This document shows positions 18,536 to 27,255 of a stretch of DNA of 64,000 bases, piece after piece. This stretch comes from Thalassobaculaceae bacterium (GTDB lineage Bacteria > Pseudomonadota > Alphaproteobacteria > Thalassobaculales > Thalassobaculaceae): assembly GCA_965228875.1 (NCBI GenBank), contig OZ245843.1:3516616-3580615 (forward strand), written 5' to 3'. Under the pieces are notes generated by a model. The model saw only the letters and a program-made list of their open reading frames with translations, did not search any database and was not told where the DNA came from. Made by a program: the position numbers and the translations under genes. How positions within the stretch are numbered: position 1 is the first letter of the stretch; the number at the start of each line of letters is the position of its first letter.

Positions 18536-20001
18536 CCGACGAGTCCGAACTCGCCACCCTCGTCGAGGGCCTGGCCGGCATCCGGGTCCTGGCGGTCGGC
18601 GACCTGATGCTGGACCGCTTCGTCTACGGATCGGTCGACCGCATCTCGCCGGAAGCGCCGGTGCCGGTCCTGCGGATCGAGCGCGAGAGCGTCATGCTCG
18701 GCGGCGTCGGCAACGTGGCGCGCAATCTGCGCGCGCTCGGCGCCTCGGTCTGCCTCGTCGCCCTGCTCGGCCGCGACCAGGAGGCCCGCGATATCAAGGG
18801 CCTGCTGCGCGATGACGTGGAGGTCGAGAGCCACCTGATCGAGGACGACGCGCGGCCGACCACGATCAAGACGCGCTACATCGCCGGCAGCCAGCAGATG
18901 ATGCGGGCCGACCGCGAACGCATCGTGGCGGTGACGGAGGGGCTGCAGGAGGAGATCGTCGCCAGGGCGACCGCCGACCTGGCCCAGGCCAAGGCCCTGG
19001 TGCTGTCGGACTACGGCAAGGGCGTTCTGACCGTGCCGGTGCTGCGACGCCTGATCGACGCTGCCGCCGAGCGTGGCGTGCCCGTCATCGTCGACCCGAA
19101 GGGCAACGACTATGCGCGCTACTCGGGCGCCACGCTGGTGACGCCGAACCGGCGCGAACTGGCCGAGGCGACGGGCCGCGAAGCCGAGGGCGACGCCGGC
19201 ATCGTCGAGACCGCGCAGTCGCTGATCGCCAGGTCGGGGGTCGCGGGCGTTCTCGTCACCCGCAGCCAGGACGGCATGTCGCTGATCCGCAACGACGGTT
19301 CCGCCCCGCTGCACCTGCCCGCGACCGCGCGCGAGGTTTATGACGTCTCCGGCGCCGGAGACACGGTGGTGGCGACCCTCGCGGCGGCGCTGGGGTCCGG
19401 CGTTCCGATGGAGGACGCCTGTCGTCTCGCCAATCTCGCCGCGGGCATCGTCGTCGCCAAGATGGGCACGGCAACCGCCGCGGCCAGCGAAATGGCGGCG
19501 TCGCTGCGCCAGCGCGAACTGGATGTCGGCGAGTCGAAGACCCTGACCCTCGACCAGGCGCGGGTTCTCGCCGGATCGTGGCGGAGCCAGGGGCTCAAGG
19601 TCGGCTTCACGAACGGCGTGTTCGACCTGCTCCACCCCGGCCACGTGTCGTTGCTGCGTCAGGCGCGCGGCGCCTGCGACCGGCTGGTCGTCGGCGTCAA
19701 CAGCGACGCCTCCGTCAAGCGCTTGAAGGGCGAGTCGCGGCCAATCCAGAACGACGCGTCACGGGCTCTGGTGCTGGGGTCGCTCGCCACGGTGGATGCG
19801 GTGGTGATCTTCTCCGACGACACGCCGCTCGCGGTCATCGAGGCCCTGCGGCCCGACGTGCTGGTCAAGGGCGCGGACTACACCGTCGCGACGGTGGTCG
19901 GCGCCGATGTCGTTCAGTCGTATGGCGGAAGGGTTCTGCTGGCCTCGCTCGAGGACGGGCACAGCACGACGTCGACGGTGGCGCGTATCTCGGCCGGATA
20001 G
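18532..20001 (+). CDS. hldE: Bifunctional heptose-7-phosphate kinase / heptose-1-phosphate adenylyltransferase
   Basis: ATGA overlap with the gmhA stop; RISPEAPVPV, DVSGAGDT (PfkB kinase), FTNGVFDLLHPGH (cytidylyltransferase-like domain), VKGADY. Confidence 0.95.
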   Translation: MTDESELATLVEGLAGIRVLAVGDLMLDRFVYGSVDRISPEAPVPVLRIERESVMLGGVGNVARNLRALGASVCLVALLGRDQEARDIKGLLRDDVEVESHLIEDDARPTTIKTRYIAGSQQMMRADRERIVAVTEGLQEEIVARATADLAQAKALVLSDYGKGVLTVPVLRRLIDAAAERGVPVIVDPKGNDYARYSGATLVTPNRRELAEATGREAEGDAGIVETAQSLIARSGVAGVLVTRSQDGMSLIRNDGSAPLHLPATAREVYDVSGAGDTVVATLAAALGSGVPMEDACRLANLAAGIVVAKMGTATAAASEMAASLRQRELDVGESKTLTLDQARVLAGSWRSQGLKVGFTNGVFDLLHPGHVSLLRQARGACDRLVVGVNSDASVKRLKGESRPIQNDASRALVLGSLATVDAVVIFSDDTPLAVIEALRPDVLVKGADYTVATVVGADVVQSYGGRVLLASLEDGHSTTSTVARISAG

Positions 20002-20154
20002 GCCGCTGCCGCGATGCGAACCCGGGCGTCGCGGTTCGTTCGCTTTCCACCGGCCGGGGCACGGCCTGTAGCCGCCGGCGCCCCGGACTTCGGTTGGTCC
20101 TCACTTGCGATCCGGCCCGCGATCCTGACGGATCCGGACCTTCGGCGGAATCCG

Positions 20155-20244
20155 TTACAGGGCGCCGCCGACAGCGGTCAGGGCGATCAGCGCCCAACCC
20201 AGGCCGTAAGCGATCACGGTCTTGGTCACATCAACCTTTTCCAT
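20155..20244 (-). CDS. Small 29-aa putative membrane peptide (MEKVDVTKTVIAYGLGWALIALTAVGGAL), not in the ORF track
   Basis: GGAGAAG RBS shortly before ATG, GC3-rich codons, one ~20-aa hydrophobic stretch, TAA stop, AT-rich promoter region upstream. Confidence 0.65.
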   Translation of the reverse strand: MEKVDVTKTVIAYGLGWALIALTAVGGAL

Positions 20245-20365
20245 CTTTCTTCTCCTCTGACCGGCGACGAGCCGTCTCCCCGCCTGATGCACCGCAACAT
20301 AGGCCGGAAATACGGTCAGGATAACTGACCGAAAAGGCAGGTGATTGATCGCTATCGGGAATGAA

Positions 20366-20380
20366 TTAAGCCTCTATTAA
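20366..20380. promoter_or_regulatory. CtrA-binding site (TTAA-N7-TTAA)
   Basis: ttaa gcctcta ttaa, exact match to the core consensus, in an AT-rich intergenic island. Confidence 0.75.
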
Positions 20381-20448
20381 AACAAATATGGAAAATTTAA
20401 AAATTCAATACCGCCCGGCCATAGTGTCTTTTCGCACACGCAGCATGC

Positions 20449-20949
20449 TCATAGCCTGGGGTCTTCCAGGCCGCGCAGGCGGCGGGCCGCGGTAAGGGCG
20501 AACCGCAGGGTCATCGCCTTGCGTCTCGCCGGTGCCAGGCGGTGGCCCGGTGCGTCACGCAAAATCTCCGCACTCCAGGCATCGGCAACGATCAGGCCAC
20601 AGACATCGCCGCCCGGGAGCCGCTCCATGGGGAATTCGGGTGCGACGGCGAAGAAAAACCGATCGCAGTACGGCCCGTAGCCCTCCCATTTGCGGTCGGC
20701 GGCGAAGTCCGGCAGACCCGACTTCACCTCGACGATGGTGATGGTACCGTCGCCGGCCAGCGCGACGATGTCGGCCCGTCGTCCAGTCGCCAGCCGCAGT
20801 TCGGTGACGACGGCCTGTCCGAGATCCTCGAACATCCGCGCCGCGCCGCGGGTCACAGCCCGGGTCACGGCCGAGGCACCGCCATCCACGCCGCCATCTG
20901 CGGAGCAATCCGCGGGGCAATCCGTATCGGCGGGCCCGCCGTCGCTCAA
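20449..20949 (-). CDS. mmcB: MmcB-family (DUF1052) DNA repair protein, PD-(D/E)xK-like
   Basis: GRRADIVAL...IVEVKSG..DF..D.KW..Y..YCDRFFFAV; start uncertain (TTG overlapping the upstream stop). Confidence 0.85.
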   Translation of the reverse strand: MSDGGPADTDCPADCSADGGVDGGASAVTRAVTRGAARMFEDLGQAVVTELRLATGRRADIVALAGDGTITIVEVKSGLPDFAADRKWEGYGPYCDRFFFAVAPEFPMERLPGGDVCGLIVADAWSAEILRDAPGHRLAPARRKAMTLRFALTAARRLRGLEDPRL

Positions 20950-22385
20950 AGCGTGACGTCCTGGGCGCCGCGGAAATCGGTGTCCCGCGTATCCGCGCCC
21001 CGGAGGTCGGCATCGGTCAGGATCGCGTCCTGCAGGTCGGCGCCGTGCAGGTCGGCGTCGCGAAGATCGGCACCGGTCAGGTCGACGTGGCTCATTGCCG
21101 CGAACGACAGGTCGGCGCCGCGCAGGTTGGCGCGCTCCAGGCGGGCGTGCTCCAGGTGCGCGGTCCAGCGCTGAACGTTGGAGCCGATGATATTGATCGG
21201 ACCGAGCCGCGCCCCGGTCAGATCCGCCCCCGACAGATTGGCACGGCGCAGGGTCGCGCCCCGCAGATCCGCCGTCGTCAGATCCGCGTCGCGCAGGTCG
21301 GCGAAGGCCATGTCGGTCATCAGCAGTTCCATGCGCGCCAGGTCGCAGCCCGTCAGCACCACGAACTGCATGCCGGCCGCCGACAGGTTGATGCCGGCCA
21401 GGGACTGACCGCTGGCGTCGCGCCGGGTCAGATCGGCCCGCCGGCCTTCGCGACCGGAGGAACGGATCCAGGCGTCATGCGCGATCAGCATGCTCTTCAT
21501 CTCGACCCCCAGCGCGTCAAGCACCTTGGGGAGTCGGGCATCGCGGAAGAGCGGGGCGTCGCGGTCCAGGTTGGAGAAGGCCGCCCCGGCCAGGTCGGCA
21601 TCGGTCAGCTGAGTGTTGGAGAAGATGGCGTTGTACAGCACCGCCCCATGCAGGATCGCGCCGGTGAGATTGGCCTCGGTCAGGTCCGCGCCTTCCAGGT
21701 TGCTTCCGGTCAGGTTGGCGTGGCTGAGATCGGCCCGGTTCAGGCGGACGTTCCGCAGGTTGGCGTCGGTCAGATCCGTCTGTACCACGAAGGCGTTCGA
21801 CATCTTGGCGTTCGAGAGGTCGGCCCGCAGCGCGGTCGCCGTCGCCGCGTCCGCCGAGGTTGTCTCGAAGCCGGCGGCGACCAGGTTGCCGCGGGCGTCC
21901 GGCTTGAGCAGGACGCCGTCGCGCAGATCCGCCTCCTGAAGCACCGCGTCGGTCAGATTGGCGCCGCGCAGGCAGGCGCCGCGCATATCGACCCGACAGA
22001 GATCGGCGTGGCGCAGATCGGCATGGCGCAGGTCGCAGGCAAACAGGTTGGCGCTGTGCAGCCGGGCATTGCGCAGGTCGGCATGGGCCAGACTGGCGCC
22101 GGAGAAGTCGGCCCCGGCCAGGTCGACGCCGCGCAGACTGAGGTAACGCAGGTCGCACCCGGCGAAACTGGCCCGGGCGCCGCCGGTCCGCCCCTTCTCG
22201 AACTGGGCGTGCGACTGCACGACGGCATCGACGTCGCGCTGGCTGAGCTTTCGCAGCCGCAAGGCAGTCGGTCGGTCGTCGCGCGGAAACTCGTGCCCGG
22301 TCGCCTGTTCGGCCAGGGTTCCCGGAATGCCTTCGCCGGACGCCTTGCCGGTCTTTCCGCCGCCAGCGGACGTGTCGTCGTTCAT
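20946..22385 (-). CDS. Pentapeptide-repeat protein (about 479 aa)
   Basis: Dozens of A(D/N)Lxx repeats in two blocks, each preceded by an H..(F/W)...G..G.RA motif; start taken at MNDDTS. Confidence 0.9.
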   Translation of the reverse strand: MNDDTSAGGGKTGKASGEGIPGTLAEQATGHEFPRDDRPTALRLRKLSQRDVDAVVQSHAQFEKGRTGGARASFAGCDLRYLSLRGVDLAGADFSGASLAHADLRNARLHSANLFACDLRHADLRHADLCRVDMRGACLRGANLTDAVLQEADLRDGVLLKPDARGNLVAAGFETTSADAATATALRADLSNAKMSNAFVVQTDLTDANLRNVRLNRADLSHANLTGSNLEGADLTEANLTGAILHGAVLYNAIFSNTQLTDADLAGAAFSNLDRDAPLFRDARLPKVLDALGVEMKSMLIAHDAWIRSSGREGRRADLTRRDASGQSLAGINLSAAGMQFVVLTGCDLARMELLMTDMAFADLRDADLTTADLRGATLRRANLSGADLTGARLGPINIIGSNVQRWTAHLEHARLERANLRGADLSFAAMSHVDLTGADLRDADLHGADLQDAILTDADLRGADTRDTDFRGAQDVTL

Positions 22386-22491
22386 CGCTTCTCGCCCGAT
22401 ACCGCCGGTCGCCCCATCGACGCCAGGATATGTGGTATTGCAGACAATCCTACCATAGGCCGCGTCGCCGTCCGCCGTTGGAGCCGCCACC

Positions 22492-23262
22492 ATGACCTGG
22501 GACACCTCGCAGTATCTTAAATTCGCCGACCATCGCCTGCGCCCAGCGGTCGACCTGATGGCCCGAATCGCCGTCGACGCGCCGAGACGGGTCGTCGACC
22601 TCGGCTGCGGAGCCGGCAACGTGACCGCCCTGCTGGCGGCCCGGTGGCCCGACGCGGAGATCCGCGGCCTGGACCCGTCGCCGGAAATGCTGGAGCGGGC
22701 CCGCGCCGACCATCCGTCCCTCGCCTTCGAGGTCGCGGATGCGGCCTCATGGGAGTCGGAACCGCCGGTCGACGTGCTTTATTCCAACGCGGCCCTGCAC
22801 TGGCTCGGCGATCACCACACCCTGTTCCCGCGGCTGTTCGAGCAGGTCGCGCCCGGCGGCTGGCTGGCGGTGCAGATGCCGCGCAATTTCTCCGCCCCGT
22901 CCCATACCTCCGTCGCGGCCGCCGCCGCGGACGGACCCTGGCGGTCGACGATCGAGGCGATGCTCAGCGATCCCCCGACCCACGAACCCGGCTACTACAT
23001 CGACCTGCTGTCGCCGATGGCCGACACGCTCGACGTGTGGGAGACCGAGTACATTCAGATTCTGGAGGGCGAGGATCCGGTCGCGGAATGGACCAAGGGG
23101 ACATGGCTGCGGCCGTTTCTCGCCGCGTTGGAGGGCGACGACCGCGCCGGCTTCGAAGATGCCTATCGGGCACGGGTGCGCGCCGCCTACCCGGCCATGC
23201 CGGACGGTCGCACGGTGTTCCCGTTTCGCCGGTTGTTCCTGGTGGCGCGTCGTCGCGGCTGA
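22492..23262 (+). CDS. tam: Trans-aconitate 2-methyltransferase
   Basis: W...QYLKFADHRLRPA.DL, DLGCGAGN SAM motif, SNAALHW, FPFRRLFLVA. Confidence 0.9.
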   Translation: MTWDTSQYLKFADHRLRPAVDLMARIAVDAPRRVVDLGCGAGNVTALLAARWPDAEIRGLDPSPEMLERARADHPSLAFEVADAASWESEPPVDVLYSNAALHWLGDHHTLFPRLFEQVAPGGWLAVQMPRNFSAPSHTSVAAAAADGPWRSTIEAMLSDPPTHEPGYYIDLLSPMADTLDVWETEYIQILEGEDPVAEWTKGTWLRPFLAALEGDDRAGFEDAYRARVRAAYPAMPDGRTVFPFRRLFLVARRRG

Positions 23263-23309
23263 CCGCGAACGACGACCTCGGAGGGAAACGGGACCGCGAC
23301 GGGACCGCC

Positions 23310-24272
23310 TCAGATCCAGTCGTGGGTCTGCGGAAAGTGGAAGGCGACGAAGCGGTAGGTTTCCCGGACGGCGTCGCGGATGGAGTCGTTCCGCTTGTCG
23401 ACGTTGATCGTCCACATCTTGATCGCTTTGTCCCAGATGATGAGGCGCTGGTGCAGTTCGTCGCGGATCTCGCGCACGTACTTGACCATGGCGTCATAGG
23501 TCTTGAGCACCGCCATGATCTCGCTGGTCTGGGCGTCGACCTGCTCGAACAGGTTGTCGAACCCCTGAATGGCCGGACGCATCAGGATTCCGGCGCGCCG
23601 GACCTCTTCCGAGAAGTGCTTGTCGTCCTTGTAGAGCTTGCCGACGCGGTTGAGCTTGCCGCCGATCGCCCGGGCGGCGTTGTACCGGTCTCGCAGCGCC
23701 TCGATATAGCAGAGCTCGCGGGCGAACCGGTCGATCATGTCCAGGACCTCGTCGCGCCGGTCGGCCCCCAGTCCGAGGGCGTCGGCGATCTTGGAGATGC
23801 CGTCGCGCACCTGCTGCTGCATGTCCGGGTCGGTCGCCATCCGGCGCAGTTCCGCCATGTCGAGCACCACGGACTCGTCGCCTGTCAGCCAGGTCGCCAC
23901 CTGCACCATCAGTCGGTTCTTGGCCAGTTCGCGGTGGTGGTCCTCCACGCGCCAGGATGCCGTGCCGTCGAGCAGTTCCGACGGAATGCTGTCGCCGGGG
24001 CGAATGTCCTTCACGAATTTCAGGCTGTTCGAGACCGTGACCAGGAGCTTGCCGTCATTGGAATCCGGCGAGATGCCGAATTCGGATGCCACGTCGTCGA
24101 TCGGGATCACGGCGTCGATGTCGCCCAGTTCGACCCGCATGACCGGATGGCGTTCGCGGCCGGCGAGCTCGAAACGCGCGTCGGGCAGTTGGAACACCCG
24201 ATGCTGGAACACGAAGTGGGTGTTCGGGTCCAACTTGTCGCTGGTATCGGGGTTTGCCACAGCCACAGCCAT
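23310..24272 (-). CDS. Uncharacterised protein, about 320 aa (paralog family member C)
   Basis: Long ORF with coding-like codon bias; no recognisable family; start could be 24272 (ATG) or 24338 (TTG). Confidence 0.8.
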   Translation of the reverse strand: MAVAVANPDTSDKLDPNTHFVFQHRVFQLPDARFELAGRERHPVMRVELGDIDAVIPIDDVASEFGISPDSNDGKLLVTVSNSLKFVKDIRPGDSIPSELLDGTASWRVEDHHRELAKNRLMVQVATWLTGDESVVLDMAELRRMATDPDMQQQVRDGISKIADALGLGADRRDEVLDMIDRFARELCYIEALRDRYNAARAIGGKLNRVGKLYKDDKHFSEEVRRAGILMRPAIQGFDNLFEQVDAQTSEIMAVLKTYDAMVKYVREIRDELHQRLIIWDKAIKMWTINVDKRNDSIRDAVRETYRFVAFHFPQTHDWI

Positions 24273-24371
24273 TCCTGATGAACCCTTCGAACCTACCACA
24301 CGGGCCGTTCCCACGGCGGTGTCGGTGACCTGGACCAATGCGGCCCACCGACAAGAGTGCGACCACCAGCC

Positions 24372-24443
24372 TAAAAAAAGGGTTAACGAATAGTGATATC
24401 CTGAATTCCGGAGGCAACCTGTCTAAGGTTAACTGTTTTTTTA
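24372..24443. promoter_or_regulatory. Inverted pair of CtrA-like sites (TAAA-N7-TTAAC) in a divergent promoter
   Basis: + strand taaa aaaaggg ttaac (24372-24387); - strand taaa aaaacag ttaac (24428-24443). Confidence 0.6.
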
Positions 24444-24492
24444 TGCCTGCCGGAGAGGATGCGTCACGCTCGTATCGTGGTGCCGGGAGAGG

Positions 24493-25248
24493 ATGATGAT
24501 GGCCGCCAAGCACGACAAGCTATTCTCCATAGAGCGCCGCGCCAAGCAGAGCGCGGCGCCCGGCATCCTGAGAGGCGCCAGTGCCGACGCCGGCCCGTCC
24601 GCCCGGGGCGACAGCGGCCTGGAGCTGATTCTCGCCGAACTCGCCGCCCTGCGCGCGGAAGTCGCGGCGCTGCACGGCGAGCAGACCGCCAAGGAAGTCG
24701 AAGACGACGACATGAAGCGGGATGTCCGGGTCGAGATCGCCCAGATGGTCCGCAGCATCGGCCGCGCCAAGACCCAGATCGCGGCCATCAAGAATCCGGT
24801 GGTCGGCCGCGACGAGATGGAAAAGGCCTCGCTTCAGCTCGAGGAGATCACCAAGGCGACCGAGGAAGCCACCCACACGATCATGACCGCGACCGACGAT
24901 GTCGAGCAGATCCTCAAGAAGGTGCACGCGCACACGGTCGAGGATCCCGACGTTTCGCCGCTGATCGACGAGGCCGGCGAGCGGCTGATCGCCATCATCG
25001 AGGCCTGCGCCTTCCAGGACCTCACCGGCCAGAGGGTCACCCAGGTGGTCAGGACCCTGCGCTACATCGAGAGCCGCGTTCTCGAGATGATCGACATCTG
25101 GGGCCTGGACGCCTTCAAGGATGTCGAGATCCCCGACGATGAGGGCGAAGGTGCTGCGGCGGTCGACGAGGATGACGAGCTTCTCAACGGCCCGGCACTG
25201 GGTGGCCAGGGCCTCAGCCAGGCGGATATCGACGCGCTGTTCGACTGA
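24493..25248 (+). CDS. cheZ: CheZ-like protein phosphatase (alphaproteobacterial type)
   Basis: EACAFQDLTGQR (DxxxQ motif) and C-terminal LLNGP...SQADIDALFD. Confidence 0.8.
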   Translation: MMMAAKHDKLFSIERRAKQSAAPGILRGASADAGPSARGDSGLELILAELAALRAEVAALHGEQTAKEVEDDDMKRDVRVEIAQMVRSIGRAKTQIAAIKNPVVGRDEMEKASLQLEEITKATEEATHTIMTATDDVEQILKKVHAHTVEDPDVSPLIDEAGERLIAIIEACAFQDLTGQRVTQVVRTLRYIESRVLEMIDIWGLDAFKDVEIPDDEGEGAAAVDEDDELLNGPALGGQGLSQADIDALFD

Positions 25249-25284
25249 GCGGCCGCGCCGTGCGGTGTGGCAGGGCGGCGGCGT

Positions 25285-25359
25285 TGGAGCGGGCGACCGG
25301 GATCGAACCGGCATCATCAGCTTGGAAGGCTGAGGTTCTAGCCATTGAACTACGCCCGC
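25285..25359 (-). tRNA. tRNA-Gly (TCC)
   Basis: GCGGGCGTAGTTCAATGG...TCAGC-CTTCCAA-GCTGA...GGTTCGATCCC...CGCCCGCTCCA; cloverleaf with encoded CCA. Confidence 0.97.
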
Positions 25360-25372
25360 GAGGCGGCGGACT

Positions 25373-26293
25373 TTAACCGCTGTCCCCGGGAGATGCCAGA
25401 ACAGATCGTTCGCCCGGCCCGTTCCCCGCCGCCGGGGCCGCGTCCGGCATCCGACCATCGCCGACCTCCTCTCCCCTCAGGGTGGCCCCGTCGCCCCGCA
25501 AGTTGGCCATGTCGGCGCGCAACGCCCTGACCTCGGCCATGACGTCGATGAGTGTCGGCTCCCCGCGATGCAGGGCCTCCTCCTCCGCGTGCGCCTGACT
25601 CTGCATCGCATCGACGATGATGCCGATGAACAGGTTGAGCACGGCGAAGGACGTCAGCAGGATGAAGGGCACGAAAAACAGCCAGGCCAGCGGGTGCACC
25701 TCCATCACCGGCCGCACGATGCCCATCGACCAGCTCTCCAGCGTCATGATCTGGAACAATGTGTAGAATGAGCTGCCGATCGTCCCGAACCATTCGGGAA
25801 ACCGGTCGGCGAACAGCTTGGTCGCCATGACCGAGAACACGTAGTAGAGCACGGCGAGCAGCATGACGACCGAGCCCATGCCTGGAATAGCGTGCAGCAG
25901 GGCTCCCACCACGCGCCGCAACGACGGCACGACCGAGACCAGGCGCAAAACCCGCAGAATGCGGAACGCGCGCAGCACAGACAGGGTCTCCGTCGCCGGC
26001 GCCAGGGCGATGGAGACGACCGCGACGTCGAACAGGTTCCAGGGATCGCGCCAGAACGACCGCCCCTGGGCGAAGATCTTGAGGGCGATCTCGGCGACGA
26101 AGACCGCCAGGATGAGCCTGTCCAGCGCGTGCAGCAACGGCCCGGCCGCCGCCATGGCCGTGGCACTCGTCTCCAGCCCCAGGGTGATGGCGTTCAGCAC
26201 GATGAGCGCCGTGATGCCCGTCTGCACCCGAGGCGACTCGATCCAGCCCCGTACCCTGTCCCGCAGCCCCGTCCCTTCCTGCGCCGGTATCAT
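25373..26293 (-). CDS. Bacterial voltage-gated sodium channel (BacNav/NaChBac family)
   Basis: Six hydrophobic segments; S4 LRAFRILRVLRL; pore FQIMTLESWSMGIVRP; S6 LNLFIGIIVDAMQ; C-terminal coiled coil. Confidence 0.92.
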   Translation of the reverse strand: MIPAQEGTGLRDRVRGWIESPRVQTGITALIVLNAITLGLETSATAMAAAGPLLHALDRLILAVFVAEIALKIFAQGRSFWRDPWNLFDVAVVSIALAPATETLSVLRAFRILRVLRLVSVVPSLRRVVGALLHAIPGMGSVVMLLAVLYYVFSVMATKLFADRFPEWFGTIGSSFYTLFQIMTLESWSMGIVRPVMEVHPLAWLFFVPFILLTSFAVLNLFIGIIVDAMQSQAHAEEEALHRGEPTLIDVMAEVRALRADMANLRGDGATLRGEEVGDGRMPDAAPAAGNGPGERSVLASPGDSG

Positions 26294-26377
26294 CCGCTCG
26301 CGTGCCTCCCTGGTCTCGACCGTCCCTGATTCTGCCGCAGTAGGTCGGATAACTGGCCCTCCGTTCAAGAGGGCACG

Positions 26378-26602
26378 ATGAACGACCCGCGCCGCATCAA
26401 TCCGGATGTCGATTTCCAAGCCTCGCTGCTGGCCGAGAAGGTGGCGCGCCGGGTGATGACGCTGGACGCCGCGGCGGCGGAACTCTCCGACTGGCAGGAC
26501 GAGGCCCTGACCGGAGAAGGCGGCGAGCGCTGGCGGCCCGTGCAGCCCCGCGCTCTGATCGTCACTCACATGATGAACCGCCTGCTCAAGCGCGGCTTCT
26601 GA
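26378..26602 (+). CDS. Small hypothetical protein (74 aa)
   Basis: AGAGGG RBS, GC3-rich codons, fills the gap between the channel and cytochrome genes. Confidence 0.6.
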   Translation: MNDPRRINPDVDFQASLLAEKVARRVMTLDAAAAELSDWQDEALTGEGGERWRPVQPRALIVTHMMNRLLKRGF

Positions 26603-26772
26603 GGACTGTCGAATCGGCTTCGCAGGGCGTCGGCAAATCGTCGCACTGACTGTCTTGATATCGCCGGGGGAGCCATATTTCAGGATCGCCGGAAAGAGCG
26701 GCGGAGCCGTGGGCCCGACCGGGCGTGCGGGCAGCGCAACGATCGTCAACGACACCGACTTGGGAGAGGTCG

Positions 26773-27159
26773 ATGCTCACAAGTGTCCTGCGGGCCGCCG
26801 TACTTGGTCTGGGTCTCGCCATCGCCGCCAGTCCCGTCGCCCTGGCCGACGGCGACGCAAAGGCCGGCAAGAAGGTTTTCCGCAAGTGCAAGGCCTGCCA
26901 CACCGTCCAGGAAGGCAAGCACCGCCAGGGTCCGTCCCTTCACGGCGTGTACGGACGCAAGGCCGGCTCGCTCGAGGGCTTCACGCGCTATTCCGACGAG
27001 ATGAAGGCCTATGGCGCCGTCTGGGACGAGGCCACCCTGAGCGCCTATCTCGAGAACCCCAGGAAGGCCGTCCCGGGCAACGGCATGCATTTCAGCGGTC
27101 TGAAGAACGCCAAGGAACGCGACGACATGATCGCCTACCTCAAGGCGATCTCGGAGTGA
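26773..27159 (+). CDS. Class I cytochrome c (c2-like) with signal peptide
   Basis: Signal peptide ending ALA; CKACH haem motif; GP.L.GV.GRKAG; distal Met in PGNGMHF. Confidence 0.92.
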   Translation: MLTSVLRAAVLGLGLAIAASPVALADGDAKAGKKVFRKCKACHTVQEGKHRQGPSLHGVYGRKAGSLEGFTRYSDEMKAYGAVWDEATLSAYLENPRKAVPGNGMHFSGLKNAKERDDMIAYLKAISE

Positions 27160-27255
27160 CCCGTCGCCCGATCGGCTGCTTCCAGTGAAGACACTCTTTG
27201 CCGTTCAGGAGATTCGCGCCCCCAGCGTGAGCCGGCGGTCGGGCGGGCGGGGCGC

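Noticed and set aside
20155..20244. The 29-aa peptide as an Flp pilin (TVIAYGL..ALIA resembles TAIEYGLIAALIA)
   Set aside because: Lacks the Gly(-1) and Glu(+5) needed for prepilin processing, is too short, and no tad/cpa genes are nearby
26294..26755. 154-aa N-terminal extension of the sodium channel
   Set aside because: Overlaps the divergent 74-aa ORF; the BacNav S1 helix begins shortly after ATG 26293
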